Positions 13,675-24,603 of a DNA stretch of 56,728 nucleotides are shown here, piece after piece. Position 1 is the first letter of the stretch; every line of letters starts with the position of its first letter. The stretch spans positions 1 through 56,728 of IMG/VR virus record IMGVR_UViG_3300008262_000238, one strand, 5' to 3'. Both the position numbers and the translations under genes were made by a program. The notes under the pieces were generated by a model. That model saw only the letters and a list, made by a program, of their open reading frames with translations, did not search any database and was not told the origin of the DNA. Origin of the DNA: a virus. Lineage: Duplodnaviria; Caudoviricetes.

Positions 13675-15441
13675 TTAATCAGTACCTTTAATTTTCTTAA
13701 GTATTGATTCAACCATAGTTTTTTTCTTCTTACTTTGTATTGCTTCTGAAATTGTATTTTTAACAATTGACTCAAGTTGCATTCCTGGAGTTTTTTGTAT
13801 TGTTTTCATATAATCTTTTAAACAAAACTTATCAATACCAACTTTTGATCTTTTCTTATCGGTTGTTTGATAACATCTATATAATGACTTTAATTCATCT
13901 CTAATTCCAAATTCACCCTCAACAAAGTTTTTATCTTCATCACATTTTATAACGGTTTCTTTTAATTTAGTTAAAGTGTTTGAATCCAAACCTTCAAGAT
14001 CCTTAAATTGTATAATTCTTTCAGATTTGAATGCTCTATAATAAAGTTGTTTAACCGCACTTTTACAAGCCTTTCTTTTTACTTCAGGTCTTGTATCTGC
14101 CGATTTTGCTGTATTTATGATATTATCAACATCAACTTTCTCTGACTCAGAATAAGATGCTTTCCATATTGGAGTTGTGTTTCCGTAATGTTTTTCATAA
14201 ACACTTCCTCCATATTGTTCAAGACTTTTGAAAAATTCACCAACAGTAGTTTTTGTTCCTAACAACTCAGGTTTATCTAATGATGGTTCAACAAAAGTAT
14301 AACCTTTTGATTCAACGAATTTTTTAACTTCAGGATTAATTACTACCTCATCTTTTTTTGGTGTTGGGGTAGGTGTAGGAGTTGTACCTTGTGGTTTTGT
14401 ATCACTCATAGGATCCGATGAAGATTTTGGTGGCATTCTACTAATGTTTTGCTCAAACAATCTTAAGTTAAGAACTTTCTTAACAACGGATTCTGACATG
14501 GTTTCATAAGAATCATCAAATGTTGATTCTTCTTCTGTTGGTTGCCAATCACTCTTAGGATCTTTAATAAGTTTAATAATTGTTTTTTGATTATTATCTA
14601 AACCTGCAGTTAAATAACCAACCTCACCTTTTTTTGCTTTACCTTGTGGGTGTATTGGGTATAAGACAACATAGTAATCACCATTTTTAAAATCATTAAC
14701 TAATTTTTGAATTCCTGATTCTGATGTTGTATCAATTTCTTGTGGTGTCAATTCAACCTTTGATTCATTTTTATCGTATTTAATTACATATACAAACGTT
14801 TGAGTTTTTGGTATAAACTTTAATGCTCCCAAATTAGTTATTTGACCATTCTTCATTAAAGTTTTCCACCATTCTTTTTGTTCTTCAGGTCCAAATTTCA
14901 ATCCACCACCAGGAGTTACAGGAGAAGAAGAACAGATTGATTCAATCTCTTCTTTTGTTGCAGAAGTTTTACCTGTTTTTAATTTTAATGCGGACTCTGT
15001 ATTTGACCCAAAGTATGAATCTTGTTTTGATCCGAGACATCCTTGTAGTTTGTAAATTGATCCATTAACATTTGGACTTCCCTTTGAGGATCCAGGATCT
15101 TTACATCCTTTTACAAATGGCCCTGTTGTACAATCATTGTATGTTTGACTTACAGGTGTTATTGTATCGTCAGTGTTTGAGGTTACTTCTTTTCTTTTAA
15201 TATGATAACTTGTACTATTGTTTGCTTTACACAAATAAGTTTTTTTATCGTATATTTTTTCACTTGCTTTGTTATAATTTTCTTCTGGTTGTCTAGACCA
15301 ACCATCTGACGCTAATGCATTAAGATCGGATTTACATTTACTAAAAGAGGGCTCTGTGGTTGGTTTACCACCTGGTTTACCACCATCTTTTTTTGGCTTA
15401 CCACTTGGTTTACCTTCACTAATATATTTAATTGGTTTCAT
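13675..15441 (-). CDS. Large putative virion protein, possible peptidoglycan-binding segment
   Basis: 588 aa; KLQGCLG..QDSYFG.NTESALK resembles a PG-binding module; Pro/Thr linkers. Confidence 0.6.
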   Translation of the reverse strand: MKPIKYISEGKPSGKPKKDGGKPGGKPTTEPSFSKCKSDLNALASDGWSRQPEENYNKASEKIYDKKTYLCKANNSTSYHIKRKEVTSNTDDTITPVSQTYNDCTTGPFVKGCKDPGSSKGSPNVNGSIYKLQGCLGSKQDSYFGSNTESALKLKTGKTSATKEEIESICSSSPVTPGGGLKFGPEEQKEWWKTLMKNGQITNLGALKFIPKTQTFVYVIKYDKNESKVELTPQEIDTTSESGIQKLVNDFKNGDYYVVLYPIHPQGKAKKGEVGYLTAGLDNNQKTIIKLIKDPKSDWQPTEEESTFDDSYETMSESVVKKVLNLRLFEQNISRMPPKSSSDPMSDTKPQGTTPTPTPTPKKDEVVINPEVKKFVESKGYTFVEPSLDKPELLGTKTTVGEFFKSLEQYGGSVYEKHYGNTTPIWKASYSESEKVDVDNIINTAKSADTRPEVKRKACKSAVKQLYYRAFKSERIIQFKDLEGLDSNTLTKLKETVIKCDEDKNFVEGEFGIRDELKSLYRCYQTTDKKRSKVGIDKFCLKDYMKTIQKTPGMQLESIVKNTISEAIQSKKKKTMVESILKKIKGTD

Positions 15442-15443
15442 TA

Positions 15444-16772
15444 TTACTCAATATATTTAAATGTTCCGTTTTTATATTCATATTTAAAATCTTGACTACC
15501 ATCATTAACGATAAATATATCACCATCTTTTCTAAAAGTTTCGTTACCAGTATAATCGGATCCCCAATCATTTTTAATAAATTCAGTAAAGTCACCAATT
15601 GTTACCTCACCAACACCAACTTCAGTATTAGATTCTTCACTACTTTTCCACCATTCTTTACCACTACACAAATCTCTATAAAAGTTAGAATCTGAAATAG
15701 TCCAAAAATCAGGAATGTCAGCAAAGGACAATAAACTGCAAGTTGTTTTTTTCCAAAGACCATTATCCATACCAATAAAATCCCCAAAAGCAGACAAAGC
15801 GGTTGCTATACCAATAAAACCAACGGCACATCCTGGTGCCTTATAAAAAGTTTTCCAATCTATCTTACCAATCCCACAACTTTCTTTCAGTTTTTGTGCC
15901 ATTTTTTGTATTCTACCCAATTTTTGAGATTGTTTACCCGCCGTACCTGAGTTAATTTTTTCAATTCTAGTTCCTACTTGACCTAAAAAATCATTTACAT
16001 CTATGCTAGTTTTACCTTTATACATTGTTGTATATACAAATTCACGTAATTCCTCAGTTTGATCATCAGATAATTTATATTTTGACTCCTTTAATCCTTG
16101 ATCAAATACAATGTCAAATTCCGGGTCAGTACCTTTTACATATTTTCCAGGACTTGATATTGTTGTTGTGGTTGGGCTTGGTTTTGTTACAAATTTACTT
16201 TTACCCGCAGATCCTACAACATCATCAACTACACCTGAACTCTTCAAACTATTGTAAGAGTTATCAACAAACTCTTTTCTTAATGCGATAACTAAATCAT
16301 TTATTTGACTATCGGATTTAATTAAAGTTTCAGACATATTATTAAGATAGTCCATAACTTCACTAGAAGTGTATTTATTTCCTGATGTTTTTAATCTATT
16401 TATGGTGTCCAGGGCTTTTTTATGGACATCACCACCCAGTTGACCCCAAACTTTTTTTGCAAAATTAGTCAAATTAACATCACTTAAATTGTTAATAATT
16501 TTAATTACAACGACTTGAGCGTCACTACCTCCTTTAGCTAGTTTTGTAATATCATCAGGCTTAAGAGTTCCTTTAGGTAACCCAAACTTTTTTTCTAATT
16601 TTGTAATTTTTGCCGTAATATCATCAGTAGATTTAACACCAAACCTTACGGATGCTGAAATTATATCATCAACTATACTTTCATTAAGTATTTGAGATTT
16701 TTCCGAATCTATCTTCATCATCTCAAGAATTCTTGTTACTTCTTCTTTTAGGATCAAATTTTTATCTTTCAT
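15444..16772 (-). CDS. Putative virion protein (442 aa)
   Basis: N-terminal LILKEE..RILEMM..ILNES leader; hydrophobic segment AVGFIGIATALSAF. Confidence 0.65.
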   Translation of the reverse strand: MKDKNLILKEEVTRILEMMKIDSEKSQILNESIVDDIISASVRFGVKSTDDITAKITKLEKKFGLPKGTLKPDDITKLAKGGSDAQVVVIKIINNLSDVNLTNFAKKVWGQLGGDVHKKALDTINRLKTSGNKYTSSEVMDYLNNMSETLIKSDSQINDLVIALRKEFVDNSYNSLKSSGVVDDVVGSAGKSKFVTKPSPTTTTISSPGKYVKGTDPEFDIVFDQGLKESKYKLSDDQTEELREFVYTTMYKGKTSIDVNDFLGQVGTRIEKINSGTAGKQSQKLGRIQKMAQKLKESCGIGKIDWKTFYKAPGCAVGFIGIATALSAFGDFIGMDNGLWKKTTCSLLSFADIPDFWTISDSNFYRDLCSGKEWWKSSEESNTEVGVGEVTIGDFTEFIKNDWGSDYTGNETFRKDGDIFIVNDGSQDFKYEYKNGTFKYIE

Positions 16773-16824
16773 TTTTTTTATTTATAAATATTTATTTTTT
16801 TTAAAAAAAATTAACCACTTGAGT

Positions 16825-18960
16825 TTATTTTTGTATTTTTGGGGAATATGTGACTCTATTATGTCCTTTTCTACCAACCTCATTAAACTTATCAAAATTT
16901 ATTGGGTTCCATTTTTTAAACCTCTCACTCCAAATATAGAAATCATAATTATCTTTATCCCTTTCCAGTTTTTCAAATTCAAAATCATTTAAAACTTCTT
17001 TTGTTGATTTTGGTTTAAGTGTAATTTTATCATCTTGTACTGGTTCTAACTTACCAAATAATTCTTCATCCTTTATATTATCCGTTTTTGTTGTTTCATT
17101 TGGTTTTCCGATTTGTTGTTTACCTCCAAACCACTTTTCGGCAGACCTATCCAATTCTTCTTCAGTTCCAAATTCAAGCATGTTAGAAGCAATATTTTCT
17201 TGACTTACTTTACTTAATTGTTCTTCTAAGACTCTAGCTTGTTCTTCTGCCTCCGGTAATCCTTTTTGTTGTATCAAATAATAGAGTTTTCTAATATCAG
17301 AATTTTGTCTATCCTCATCTCTACCAAAAACCGCCAAATATAATTTATCAATACCTACCATAGTTCCACCAACATTTATTAACATTTTTGGGATAGTACC
17401 AACTGGGAATTCCTTTTTAAATGAATTAATAATCCACGACATTGTTTGGTAGAACTTTTTTAAAGATTCCTTTGGTGATAGTTTACTCACCTCCTTCAAA
17501 AAGTTGGATGGGATGTTTTTAGTTACATTTTTACTAATTTGTTTTTCAACTCCCTGAGTGATTTCCTTCTCTATTACGCCAAGCTCCTTTTTCAAATTTT
17601 GATAAACAACTTTTTGGGTGGTTTCTAATTCACCTTTAGCACCTTTCTCTAATAATTCTAATGTTCCTTCTTTACCTAATTTAACCGCAGTTTTAGATCC
17701 TCTAAGAACTTTTAAAAATTCACCACCAGGAATAATCTCAAGGGCTAACATCATTGATCCCATATATTTATCACCCTCATAGAAATATGTTGCCGAATCA
17801 CCCAAACCTGCCGCTGTTGATACACCTAATAGAATTGGGCTTAATGGTGAAGGTATTAATCCTAAAATTAATGTACCAATTTCAACAATAGTTAAAAAAG
17901 TGTGCATATCAGAAGATGTCATTTCTCCTGTTGGATATCCACCTTTCCATCCAGGTACTTTAACCAATTTTGGGTAGTCAGCGATTTTTATTTGTGATAA
18001 ATTATCTGTACCCCAATACGTAGTAAACCAATTCCACCAACCATCAGGAAATAATTCTGATCTATATGCATTTTTGTCTAATTTAAATGTATCATTTAAA
18101 TCTTTCTGTATTTTACCCCAATCAAAATAGAAATTGGTTAAAAATGTATATTGTGGTGGTTTTAATCCTTGAGCATTTTCGTCTTTTTTTGAATTAACTT
18201 TATTTGCCATGCTCAAATTAAAACTATCTACGGTCATATAAGATCCTGGAGGACAAGTACTCCCAACTTTTTTTACACAAACTGAATATGCACTATCACC
18301 GGCACCAACTATTCTTTGTTGTATTTTATCTGTTAATTTTTTTGTTGCTCTAATTGCAGCAAGAGCAAATGCGTGGTTATTACTAATCGCACCACTAGGA
18401 TCTAATCCGTTTGATTTTAAAAAATCAATTGTGGGTTTTAATTCTTCTGTTGCCTTTTCCGATTTTATTTGTTTCAAATGGTCTTTATATTGTTGACCAT
18501 ATTTAACCCAAGCCTTTCTAATATATTCATTATCATAAGCACCTTTCGGACTCAAATTAATAGTTTTTGCAAATTCAGGGTCTTTGTTTATAATCCAACT
18601 TCTAAATTTATTTCCTTGATCTGTATTTTTTATATAAAAAACGGATCCAATACCTGATTTTTTAAAAACATTTGATAATACTGAAATTGCATTTTTATCT
18701 TTTGTTGAATCAAGATCAACATATTGATCATTAAATTCTATTCTAGACCATTTACCATCAGAAGGAGTCCAATAATAGGTTTTACCTGTTGGGCTGTCAA
18801 TTCTAATTCTATTGTATTCCTTTTCATATGTTACAATATAATCACCAACTTTTGCCGATTGCTCAACCAATACAACATTATAGTTTTCCTTTAATGTCAT
18901 TTTTGAATCGTACTTCATATTAAGAAGAACTCTATGTAATATGTCCTCCATATTATTCAT
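16825..18960 (-). CDS. Putative virion/ejection protein (711 aa)
   Basis: Leader ILHRVLL.MKYD...LKENY..LVEQ; hydrophobic Gly/Ala-rich helices. Confidence 0.65.
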   Translation of the reverse strand: MNNMEDILHRVLLNMKYDSKMTLKENYNVVLVEQSAKVGDYIVTYEKEYNRIRIDSPTGKTYYWTPSDGKWSRIEFNDQYVDLDSTKDKNAISVLSNVFKKSGIGSVFYIKNTDQGNKFRSWIINKDPEFAKTINLSPKGAYDNEYIRKAWVKYGQQYKDHLKQIKSEKATEELKPTIDFLKSNGLDPSGAISNNHAFALAAIRATKKLTDKIQQRIVGAGDSAYSVCVKKVGSTCPPGSYMTVDSFNLSMANKVNSKKDENAQGLKPPQYTFLTNFYFDWGKIQKDLNDTFKLDKNAYRSELFPDGWWNWFTTYWGTDNLSQIKIADYPKLVKVPGWKGGYPTGEMTSSDMHTFLTIVEIGTLILGLIPSPLSPILLGVSTAAGLGDSATYFYEGDKYMGSMMLALEIIPGGEFLKVLRGSKTAVKLGKEGTLELLEKGAKGELETTQKVVYQNLKKELGVIEKEITQGVEKQISKNVTKNIPSNFLKEVSKLSPKESLKKFYQTMSWIINSFKKEFPVGTIPKMLINVGGTMVGIDKLYLAVFGRDEDRQNSDIRKLYYLIQQKGLPEAEEQARVLEEQLSKVSQENIASNMLEFGTEEELDRSAEKWFGGKQQIGKPNETTKTDNIKDEELFGKLEPVQDDKITLKPKSTKEVLNDFEFEKLERDKDNYDFYIWSERFKKWNPINFDKFNEVGRKGHNRVTYSPKIQK

Positions 18961-19208
18961 AATAACGTATTCGCCTTTCCTCTAACAAGTTTATTCAAGG
19001 ATTTCCAAGTTACCTTATAATCTATTTGGTTTGCCACACTTCTTGTTAATCCTGTTTCCCATTTTGTGACCGCAGGATAACCTTCACCCCCACCACCTGA
19101 AGATGGAGCTGCCGCGGCGGCATCATCTTGCTCACCAATTTCACCCTCATTATCGGTAAAAGTATATTTCTTCATTAAGAAAATTAAATCATCTAAATTT
19201 GCTTCCAT
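18957..19208 (-). CDS. Hypothetical protein (83 aa)
   Basis: ORF after TATTTATA motif; overlaps next gene by 4 nt. Confidence 0.7.
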   Translation of the reverse strand: MEANLDDLIFLMKKYTFTDNEGEIGEQDDAAAAAPSSGGGGEGYPAVTKWETGLTRSVANQIDYKVTWKSLNKLVRGKANTLL

Positions 19209-19283
19209 AATTATTTATATAAATACTTGTGGGAATGTAAAATTTTTGTATCTTTGTGATATAAGTTAATAAATAAACCAAAT

Positions 19284-19790
19284 ATGAAAAGCATTTTTTA
19301 TTTTATCGTTTCAATCTTTATTCTAACTTCTTGTGTTAAGTATGAACAAGCACCTCTATTGAGTTTGAGTGGTGAATACCGTGTTGATAAGATCACATAT
19401 GAAGAAGTTGATAACACTTCTTCAAGTAATAACTATGTTTATTACCCTGGTGATCTATATGTTAACCCAAGTGAGGTATTTCCAATGGATACTATTGAGG
19501 TTGGTTTTACAAGAATTCATATGGATTATTCTATGATGAGATTTAAACCTATTGATAATCCTGACGGATCTGTTACTTGGACTAAGGAGTGCTACTACTA
19601 CGTTCACGGTCAAACCACACAATATGATCTTGGGTATATTCAAGTTCAAATTGATGGATCAACTCGTACATTTAAGATTATTGATGATGGTGATGAATCT
19701 TTGGTGTTGAGAACTACGGGTACTTGGGCTAGTGGTAGTGCCGGATCTGATGTTTCCGTAACAATGTTTTTGACAAGAGTCGGGCCTTGA
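19284..19790 (+). CDS. Lipoprotein (possibly lipocalin-like)
   Basis: Signal peptide II MKSIFYFIVSIFILTS-C; TATCTTTG promoter at 19249. Confidence 0.75.
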   Translation: MKSIFYFIVSIFILTSCVKYEQAPLLSLSGEYRVDKITYEEVDNTSSSNNYVYYPGDLYVNPSEVFPMDTIEVGFTRIHMDYSMMRFKPIDNPDGSVTWTKECYYYVHGQTTQYDLGYIQVQIDGSTRTFKIIDDGDESLVLRTTGTWASGSAGSDVSVTMFLTRVGP

Positions 19791-19801
19791 TTGTCCGACT
19801 C

Positions 19802-20110
19802 TTAAAATAATTCAGGTTTAGGTAATTTTTTTGGATTTACGATATAGTATTCGTTAAGATAGGAGATTAACATTTCTTCATCAATGGTATCAAAATCTCC
19901 AAAGTCGTCAAATTCTTCCTCATCTTCATCCTCTTCATCATATAGATCAAAGGCTTCTTGTATTAAATCATAACCAAACTCTTCGGCTTCATCAATATTG
20001 ATTATATCATTTCTGACCTCATCTTCATCATCATTCATCATTCTGAATGATACTTCAATTCTTCTTGAGGTTTCGTGTATATAATATGAAACTATTTCGC
20101 TGACTTCCAT
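19802..20110 (-). CDS. Acidic hypothetical protein
   Basis: 102-aa ORF. Confidence 0.7.
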   Translation of the reverse strand: MEVSEIVSYYIHETSRRIEVSFRMMNDDEDEVRNDIINIDEAEEFGYDLIQEAFDLYDEEDEDEEEFDDFGDFDTIDEEMLISYLNEYYIVNPKKLPKPELF

Positions 20111-20148
20111 TTGTTTCGAACATAAACCATTATAAGATAAAAGAAATA

Positions 20149-20838
20149 TTAGTTATATTTTTTAAACCTTTTGAACATATCTAAAGATTCATTTATCTTT
20201 TGAGTTAATTCAGGTAATATTTCCTCATCAACATCATTTGTAAATTCATCTTCCATTATTGGGTCAAAATCGTCATCCTCATCGTAGTCATCACCATAAT
20301 TAAAATCATCTTCATAATAATCATTATATTTCTCAAAATCATCATCCATTTCAGATCCAACTAATCTTGTACCCTCAAAATCAGACATTCCTGGTTCAAA
20401 TATCTTTGGTAATTTTCTGTAATTTTCAGGAGAGTAATCATCAAAACGTATCTTCATTCTATGATCATCCCAACCTTCCTCAACTTCACCACAATCGGAA
20501 CATTCATCTTCCAATCCAAGTGAGATATACTCAATATTCTCGTCCTCCCAGTTTGTTTCACCATCAATATCAACGGTTCCATTGATTAGATCCATATCAC
20601 CATCTCCAATCATATCCAATCCTGAATGTGATTCGTTTATACCAATGTTTGTATATGTCTTAACCTCACCTTTATTGTTAACTGTAATTCCTTCCTTATC
20701 ATTTGCAAAATCTTGCACATAAAGAGGTTGCTGATTGTTTTGCCCATATTGAGTAACATAACCATCATAAAGTGATTTATGTTGATCTAAAATGTTTTTT
20801 CTTTCTGCTGGTGTTATACCAAAAAAATATTGTGCCAT
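20149..20838 (-). CDS. Acidic hypothetical protein
   Basis: 229 aa; AERKNILDQH leader-type N-terminus. Confidence 0.75.
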   Translation of the reverse strand: MAQYFFGITPAERKNILDQHKSLYDGYVTQYGQNNQQPLYVQDFANDKEGITVNNKGEVKTYTNIGINESHSGLDMIGDGDMDLINGTVDIDGETNWEDENIEYISLGLEDECSDCGEVEEGWDDHRMKIRFDDYSPENYRKLPKIFEPGMSDFEGTRLVGSEMDDDFEKYNDYYEDDFNYGDDYDEDDDFDPIMEDEFTNDVDEEILPELTQKINESLDMFKRFKKYN

Positions 20839-20865
20839 AGTTTTCTTTTTTTATAAATATTAATG

Positions 20866-21507
20866 TTAAGGTATTCTTCCGCCTGCAATTTTAAAGTAGG
20901 CAACTATCATCTTTTTTGAGAATTCGTCAACCGCCTTACTAACTTTTTTTAAATTAACTTCTTCCCCTTTTTCTTGTAAGTATTTCATAGATCCTCTGAT
21001 CATTTCATCCCTAACTTCATCCGCCATTTCCAATACTTTTTCATATTCCTCTTCATTATGAATATTATCATAATGATGTTCATGTTCAATCCTTTCTCTA
21101 CCCATATAAAGATATGGTCTTGCACCAAACATATTTGTTATTGATGATGATCTTAAAGCCTTTAAATATCTGTGTAATAATCCGTGATTAAAGTATCTAA
21201 ATAATTCTCTATTTTGTTCATAAAAATTTTCGTTTAAAAAATTCTTTTTTTTTATTACAGTTTCATTTGTGGAAAATACTCTACTTTTTCTTGACTGGGA
21301 TTCCTTCATCCATTTGTCCGCACCTTCAACCAAGGAGAGTCTTGATCCATTATCCCAATTTACATAATATATTTTATCACCAAAAACTTCAGAAACACCC
21401 ATAACAGTTCCTTTCATTCCTGTTGTTATTGGGAAATCATCATTCATTTGGATACATATTACTCTATCTCCTTCTTCTAATTCCGGGTTATATTTTGACT
21501 TATCCAT
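20866..21507 (-). CDS. DUF4314-like domain protein
   Basis: GDRV..I.M.D...G..GTV..V...YVNWDNGSRLSLV...D pattern. Confidence 0.65.
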   Translation of the reverse strand: MDKSKYNPELEEGDRVICIQMNDDFPITTGMKGTVMGVSEVFGDKIYYVNWDNGSRLSLVEGADKWMKESQSRKSRVFSTNETVIKKKNFLNENFYEQNRELFRYFNHGLLHRYLKALRSSSITNMFGARPYLYMGRERIEHEHHYDNIHNEEEYEKVLEMADEVRDEMIRGSMKYLQEKGEEVNLKKVSKAVDEFSKKMIVAYFKIAGGRIP

Positions 21508-21546
21508 ACACAAATAAATATATCACAATATTTATTTATATAAATT

Positions 21547-22167
21547 ATGAAAATAATAATCACAGAAAACCAAAAAAAATCATTATTAAATGAGTCTATT
21601 GCAAATAAAATTGCGGATTCAGTAACTAAAATGAAAAATTTCACTAAAAAAGTTATTAGTGAGTCATCCGAACAAACAGGACTTGATTTTTCGTTCTTAT
21701 TAAGTTGGGGTGCGACTCTTGGGGGTCTTATGATTCCTGTTTCTCAATTTATTGAGGGTAATCATCCAGAACTATCCTCAATGGATCTATCTCTTATTAT
21801 TATTGGTGCAATAACAACATATTATACTTCAAACAAAAAAATAATATCAAAATTACTTGATGAAATTAAAAAAAGAGGTTTAATTGATATTTTTGATGAA
21901 GTGTTGTCAGCTACCGAAAATTTAAAAAACGTATTTTTGTCTTTCGTTGAGAGTTTAAATATCACCGTTAATAGAATGTCAAATATGTTGGCATATACTT
22001 TTATAATACCTCTATTACCTCAATTACTTGAAATTGCACAATCAGGGTTTGATGAAAATTTAATTAGATCATTATCAATGAGATTGGCTGGGTATGGGGT
22101 TGTTACCATCTCAAGTACGGTATTAAAAAATTTAATAACAAAGATTATAAAAAGATTTAGAAGTTAA
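21547..22167 (+). CDS. Membrane protein with MKIIITENQ leader
   Basis: Several hydrophobic helices. Confidence 0.75.
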   Translation: MKIIITENQKKSLLNESIANKIADSVTKMKNFTKKVISESSEQTGLDFSFLLSWGATLGGLMIPVSQFIEGNHPELSSMDLSLIIIGAITTYYTSNKKIISKLLDEIKKRGLIDIFDEVLSATENLKNVFLSFVESLNITVNRMSNMLAYTFIIPLLPQLLEIAQSGFDENLIRSLSMRLAGYGVVTISSTVLKNLITKIIKRFRS

Positions 22168-22550
22168 ATCTCAATTAAGTAATGAATTTCATAACTTAAA
22201 ATATCCTCAAACATAGTATATTTAAGATCCGTGATCATACCGCCAGCAAAATTATTTTCATAACTTCTATTTAAATTCAATTTTTCATCAAAACTTATTT
22301 TTTTAAATAATTTAAACATTTTACTATTCGTATCGTTTAAAACCACAAAAAGGTCTTCAATCATTCCACTAAACTCAATACTTACCTTAACAAACACAGA
22401 AAGTGTATATACTCCACCATCATCAAGGTCAACATCAAAATCAATTTCTGTATTAGCATCTATTCCACCAACAGAATAAATTATATATTTAATCTTATCA
22501 AGTTTTTTTACCAAATCAGGATTATTTCTAAATTGTTCTTTATATGACAT
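22164..22550 (-). CDS. Hypothetical protein
   Basis: 128-aa ORF abutting the upstream gene. Confidence 0.7.
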   Translation of the reverse strand: MSYKEQFRNNPDLVKKLDKIKYIIYSVGGIDANTEIDFDVDLDDGGVYTLSVFVKVSIEFSGMIEDLFVVLNDTNSKMFKLFKKISFDEKLNLNRSYENNFAGGMITDLKYTMFEDILSYEIHYLIEI

Positions 22551-23162
22551 TTATTTATGATTTAATATTTTATTTATGATTTTATCACTTTCTTGATCTG
22601 ACAATCTGTGTAGATCTTTATGGGTGTCAAACCATTTTCTAACCACATCCTCAAATGGTTTTTTAGTTAATTTTGATAATCTTTTAAAACCATAATGTTG
22701 AGCGTCAATTTCATGTGGTTGACTATAATAAGTATAAGGATCTGAAGTTGTTTGTCCCCCAATATCATAAGTCTTTTTAATTTCTTGATAAAAATGTCTC
22801 AATTCATGTGCAATTAGTTCATTTAGTTCACCAATTAAATCATATAAAATACCATTTTTATTTGTTGGGTTATAAGATATATTAATTTCAATCGTTTCCT
22901 CCTCATTTACGTAATTTGCATTAACCACAAAATCATCCACACTTTCATTTTCCTCAATGGACAAATCAATAGTTAGATTAGACCCAAACTTCTTTATATT
23001 ATAAACCATTTCATCACGATCCTCAAAATATTCAGGTAATGTAAATTCACCATTATCATTTTCTTTAAAAACAATAATAATATCTCTTACCATTTCTCTT
23101 ATAGTATGTCGCATGGAATTGTTTTCTAGTAAAACTTTTTTTATACTTTCTCTCAAATTCAT
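22551..23162 (-). CDS. Putative zincin metallopeptidase-like protein
   Basis: IAHELRHFYQ (HExxH) followed by EIDA; MNLRESIKKVLLE leader. Confidence 0.65.
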   Translation of the reverse strand: MNLRESIKKVLLENNSMRHTIREMVRDIIIVFKENDNGEFTLPEYFEDRDEMVYNIKKFGSNLTIDLSIEENESVDDFVVNANYVNEEETIEINISYNPTNKNGILYDLIGELNELIAHELRHFYQEIKKTYDIGGQTTSDPYTYYSQPHEIDAQHYGFKRLSKLTKKPFEDVVRKWFDTHKDLHRLSDQESDKIINKILNHK

Positions 23163-23231
23163 ATTAATAAATATAGTAATTTTTTTTATAAATTGTTGTT
23201 TTTGTTAAACTAAAATATTATCATTGAATCA

Positions 23232-23660
23232 ATGGAATTAATATCAACACATCCTATCAAAAAATCTGATCTTGGTTTTCACGGAAATTTATTCGGAGGA
23301 AAATTACTTGCATGGCTTGATGCTTCGGCTGTTGCTTATGCTATGCAACTATGTGACACACCAAGAATGGTCACAGTATCAATTGATAAATGTATTTTTG
23401 AGAAACCCGCAAAAGAAAGTCAATTAGTTAAAATTTTTGGTTATCCATCAAATTTAGGTTTAACATCGGTTACTCTTTATATTGAAGCGAGGGCTCACAA
23501 CGTTAGAACTGGTAGACAGGAAATAATATTGAAAACTCATACCAAATTTGTTTACATTGATGAGGAAGGTCATCCAGTACCAATTGGGGAAAAAGCAAGA
23601 AAACGAATACAAACATTAATTGATAAAATAGAAACAAATGAAGATGAAAAAGAAATTTGA
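23232..23660 (+). CDS. Acyl-CoA thioesterase (hotdog fold, YciA-like)
   Basis: DLGFHGNLFGGKLLAWLD and FVYIDEEGHPVPI. Confidence 0.88.
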   Translation: MELISTHPIKKSDLGFHGNLFGGKLLAWLDASAVAYAMQLCDTPRMVTVSIDKCIFEKPAKESQLVKIFGYPSNLGLTSVTLYIEARAHNVRTGRQEIILKTHTKFVYIDEEGHPVPIGEKARKRIQTLIDKIETNEDEKEI

Positions 23661-24603
23661 TTTTGAACACATTACATTATTACCAAATTTGTCTTATGTG
23701 GAAACAAGATCAGAATGTGATACCACAATTAGATTTGGTAAACATAAATTTAGGTTACCTGTTGTTCCTGCAAATATGGAAAGTATCATTAATGAGGAAA
23801 TGGCTATTGAATTTGCAAAAAAGGGGTATTTTTATGTTTTACATAGATTTGGTGTTGATCAAATTGAATTCATTAGGGAGACAAAAAAATTAGGGTTGAT
23901 AAGTTCAATATCAATTGGGGTGAACAATGATTCTTATGAACTAATTGATCTGTTATCAGATATTGATATGGTTCCAGATTATATTACAATTGATATTGCT
24001 CACGGTCATTCTTTGAAAATGAAGAAAATGATCAAACACGTAAAAAGTAAATTACCTCACACATTTTTAATTGGTGGTAATGTTTGTACTCCATCGGCAG
24101 TTATTGATCTTGAGGAGTGGGGTTGTGATTCCGTTAAAGTTGGCATTGCTGGTGGATCCGCATGCACTACATACCACTCAACAGGATTTGGTAATCGTGG
24201 TTGGCAGGCAAATATGATTATGGATTGTTCTAAAGTTGCAAAAAAACCTATAATTGCGGACGGATCAATTAAAGAACATTCAGATATAGTTAAAAGTCTT
24301 GTACTGGGAGCTTCAATGGTTATGATTGGGGGGATGTTTGCCGGATATAAAGAGTCACCGGGTAAACTAATTCAAAAAGATAAAAATTGGTATAAAACTT
24401 TTTGGGGATCCGCATCATCAGAACAAAGTGGTAAATCAAGTAGAATTGAGGGGACAAAAATTTTAGTACCATATAAGGAAGAATCAATTTTTGATAAACT
24501 TAATGAAATTGAGGAATCATTACAAAGTGCCATATCCTATGCTGGGGGTAATCCCGCAACACTTGATTGTTTTTGTACCGTTGAGTACGTTGTGGTAAAA
24601 TAA
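23638..24603 (+). CDS. guaC: GMP reductase
   Basis: PVVPANM, ITIDIAHGHS, KVGIAGGSACTT, IIADG, LQSAISYAGG. Confidence 0.92.
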   Translation: MKMKKKFDFEHITLLPNLSYVETRSECDTTIRFGKHKFRLPVVPANMESIINEEMAIEFAKKGYFYVLHRFGVDQIEFIRETKKLGLISSISIGVNNDSYELIDLLSDIDMVPDYITIDIAHGHSLKMKKMIKHVKSKLPHTFLIGGNVCTPSAVIDLEEWGCDSVKVGIAGGSACTTYHSTGFGNRGWQANMIMDCSKVAKKPIIADGSIKEHSDIVKSLVLGASMVMIGGMFAGYKESPGKLIQKDKNWYKTFWGSASSEQSGKSSRIEGTKILVPYKEESIFDKLNEIEESLQSAISYAGGNPATLDCFCTVEYVVVK

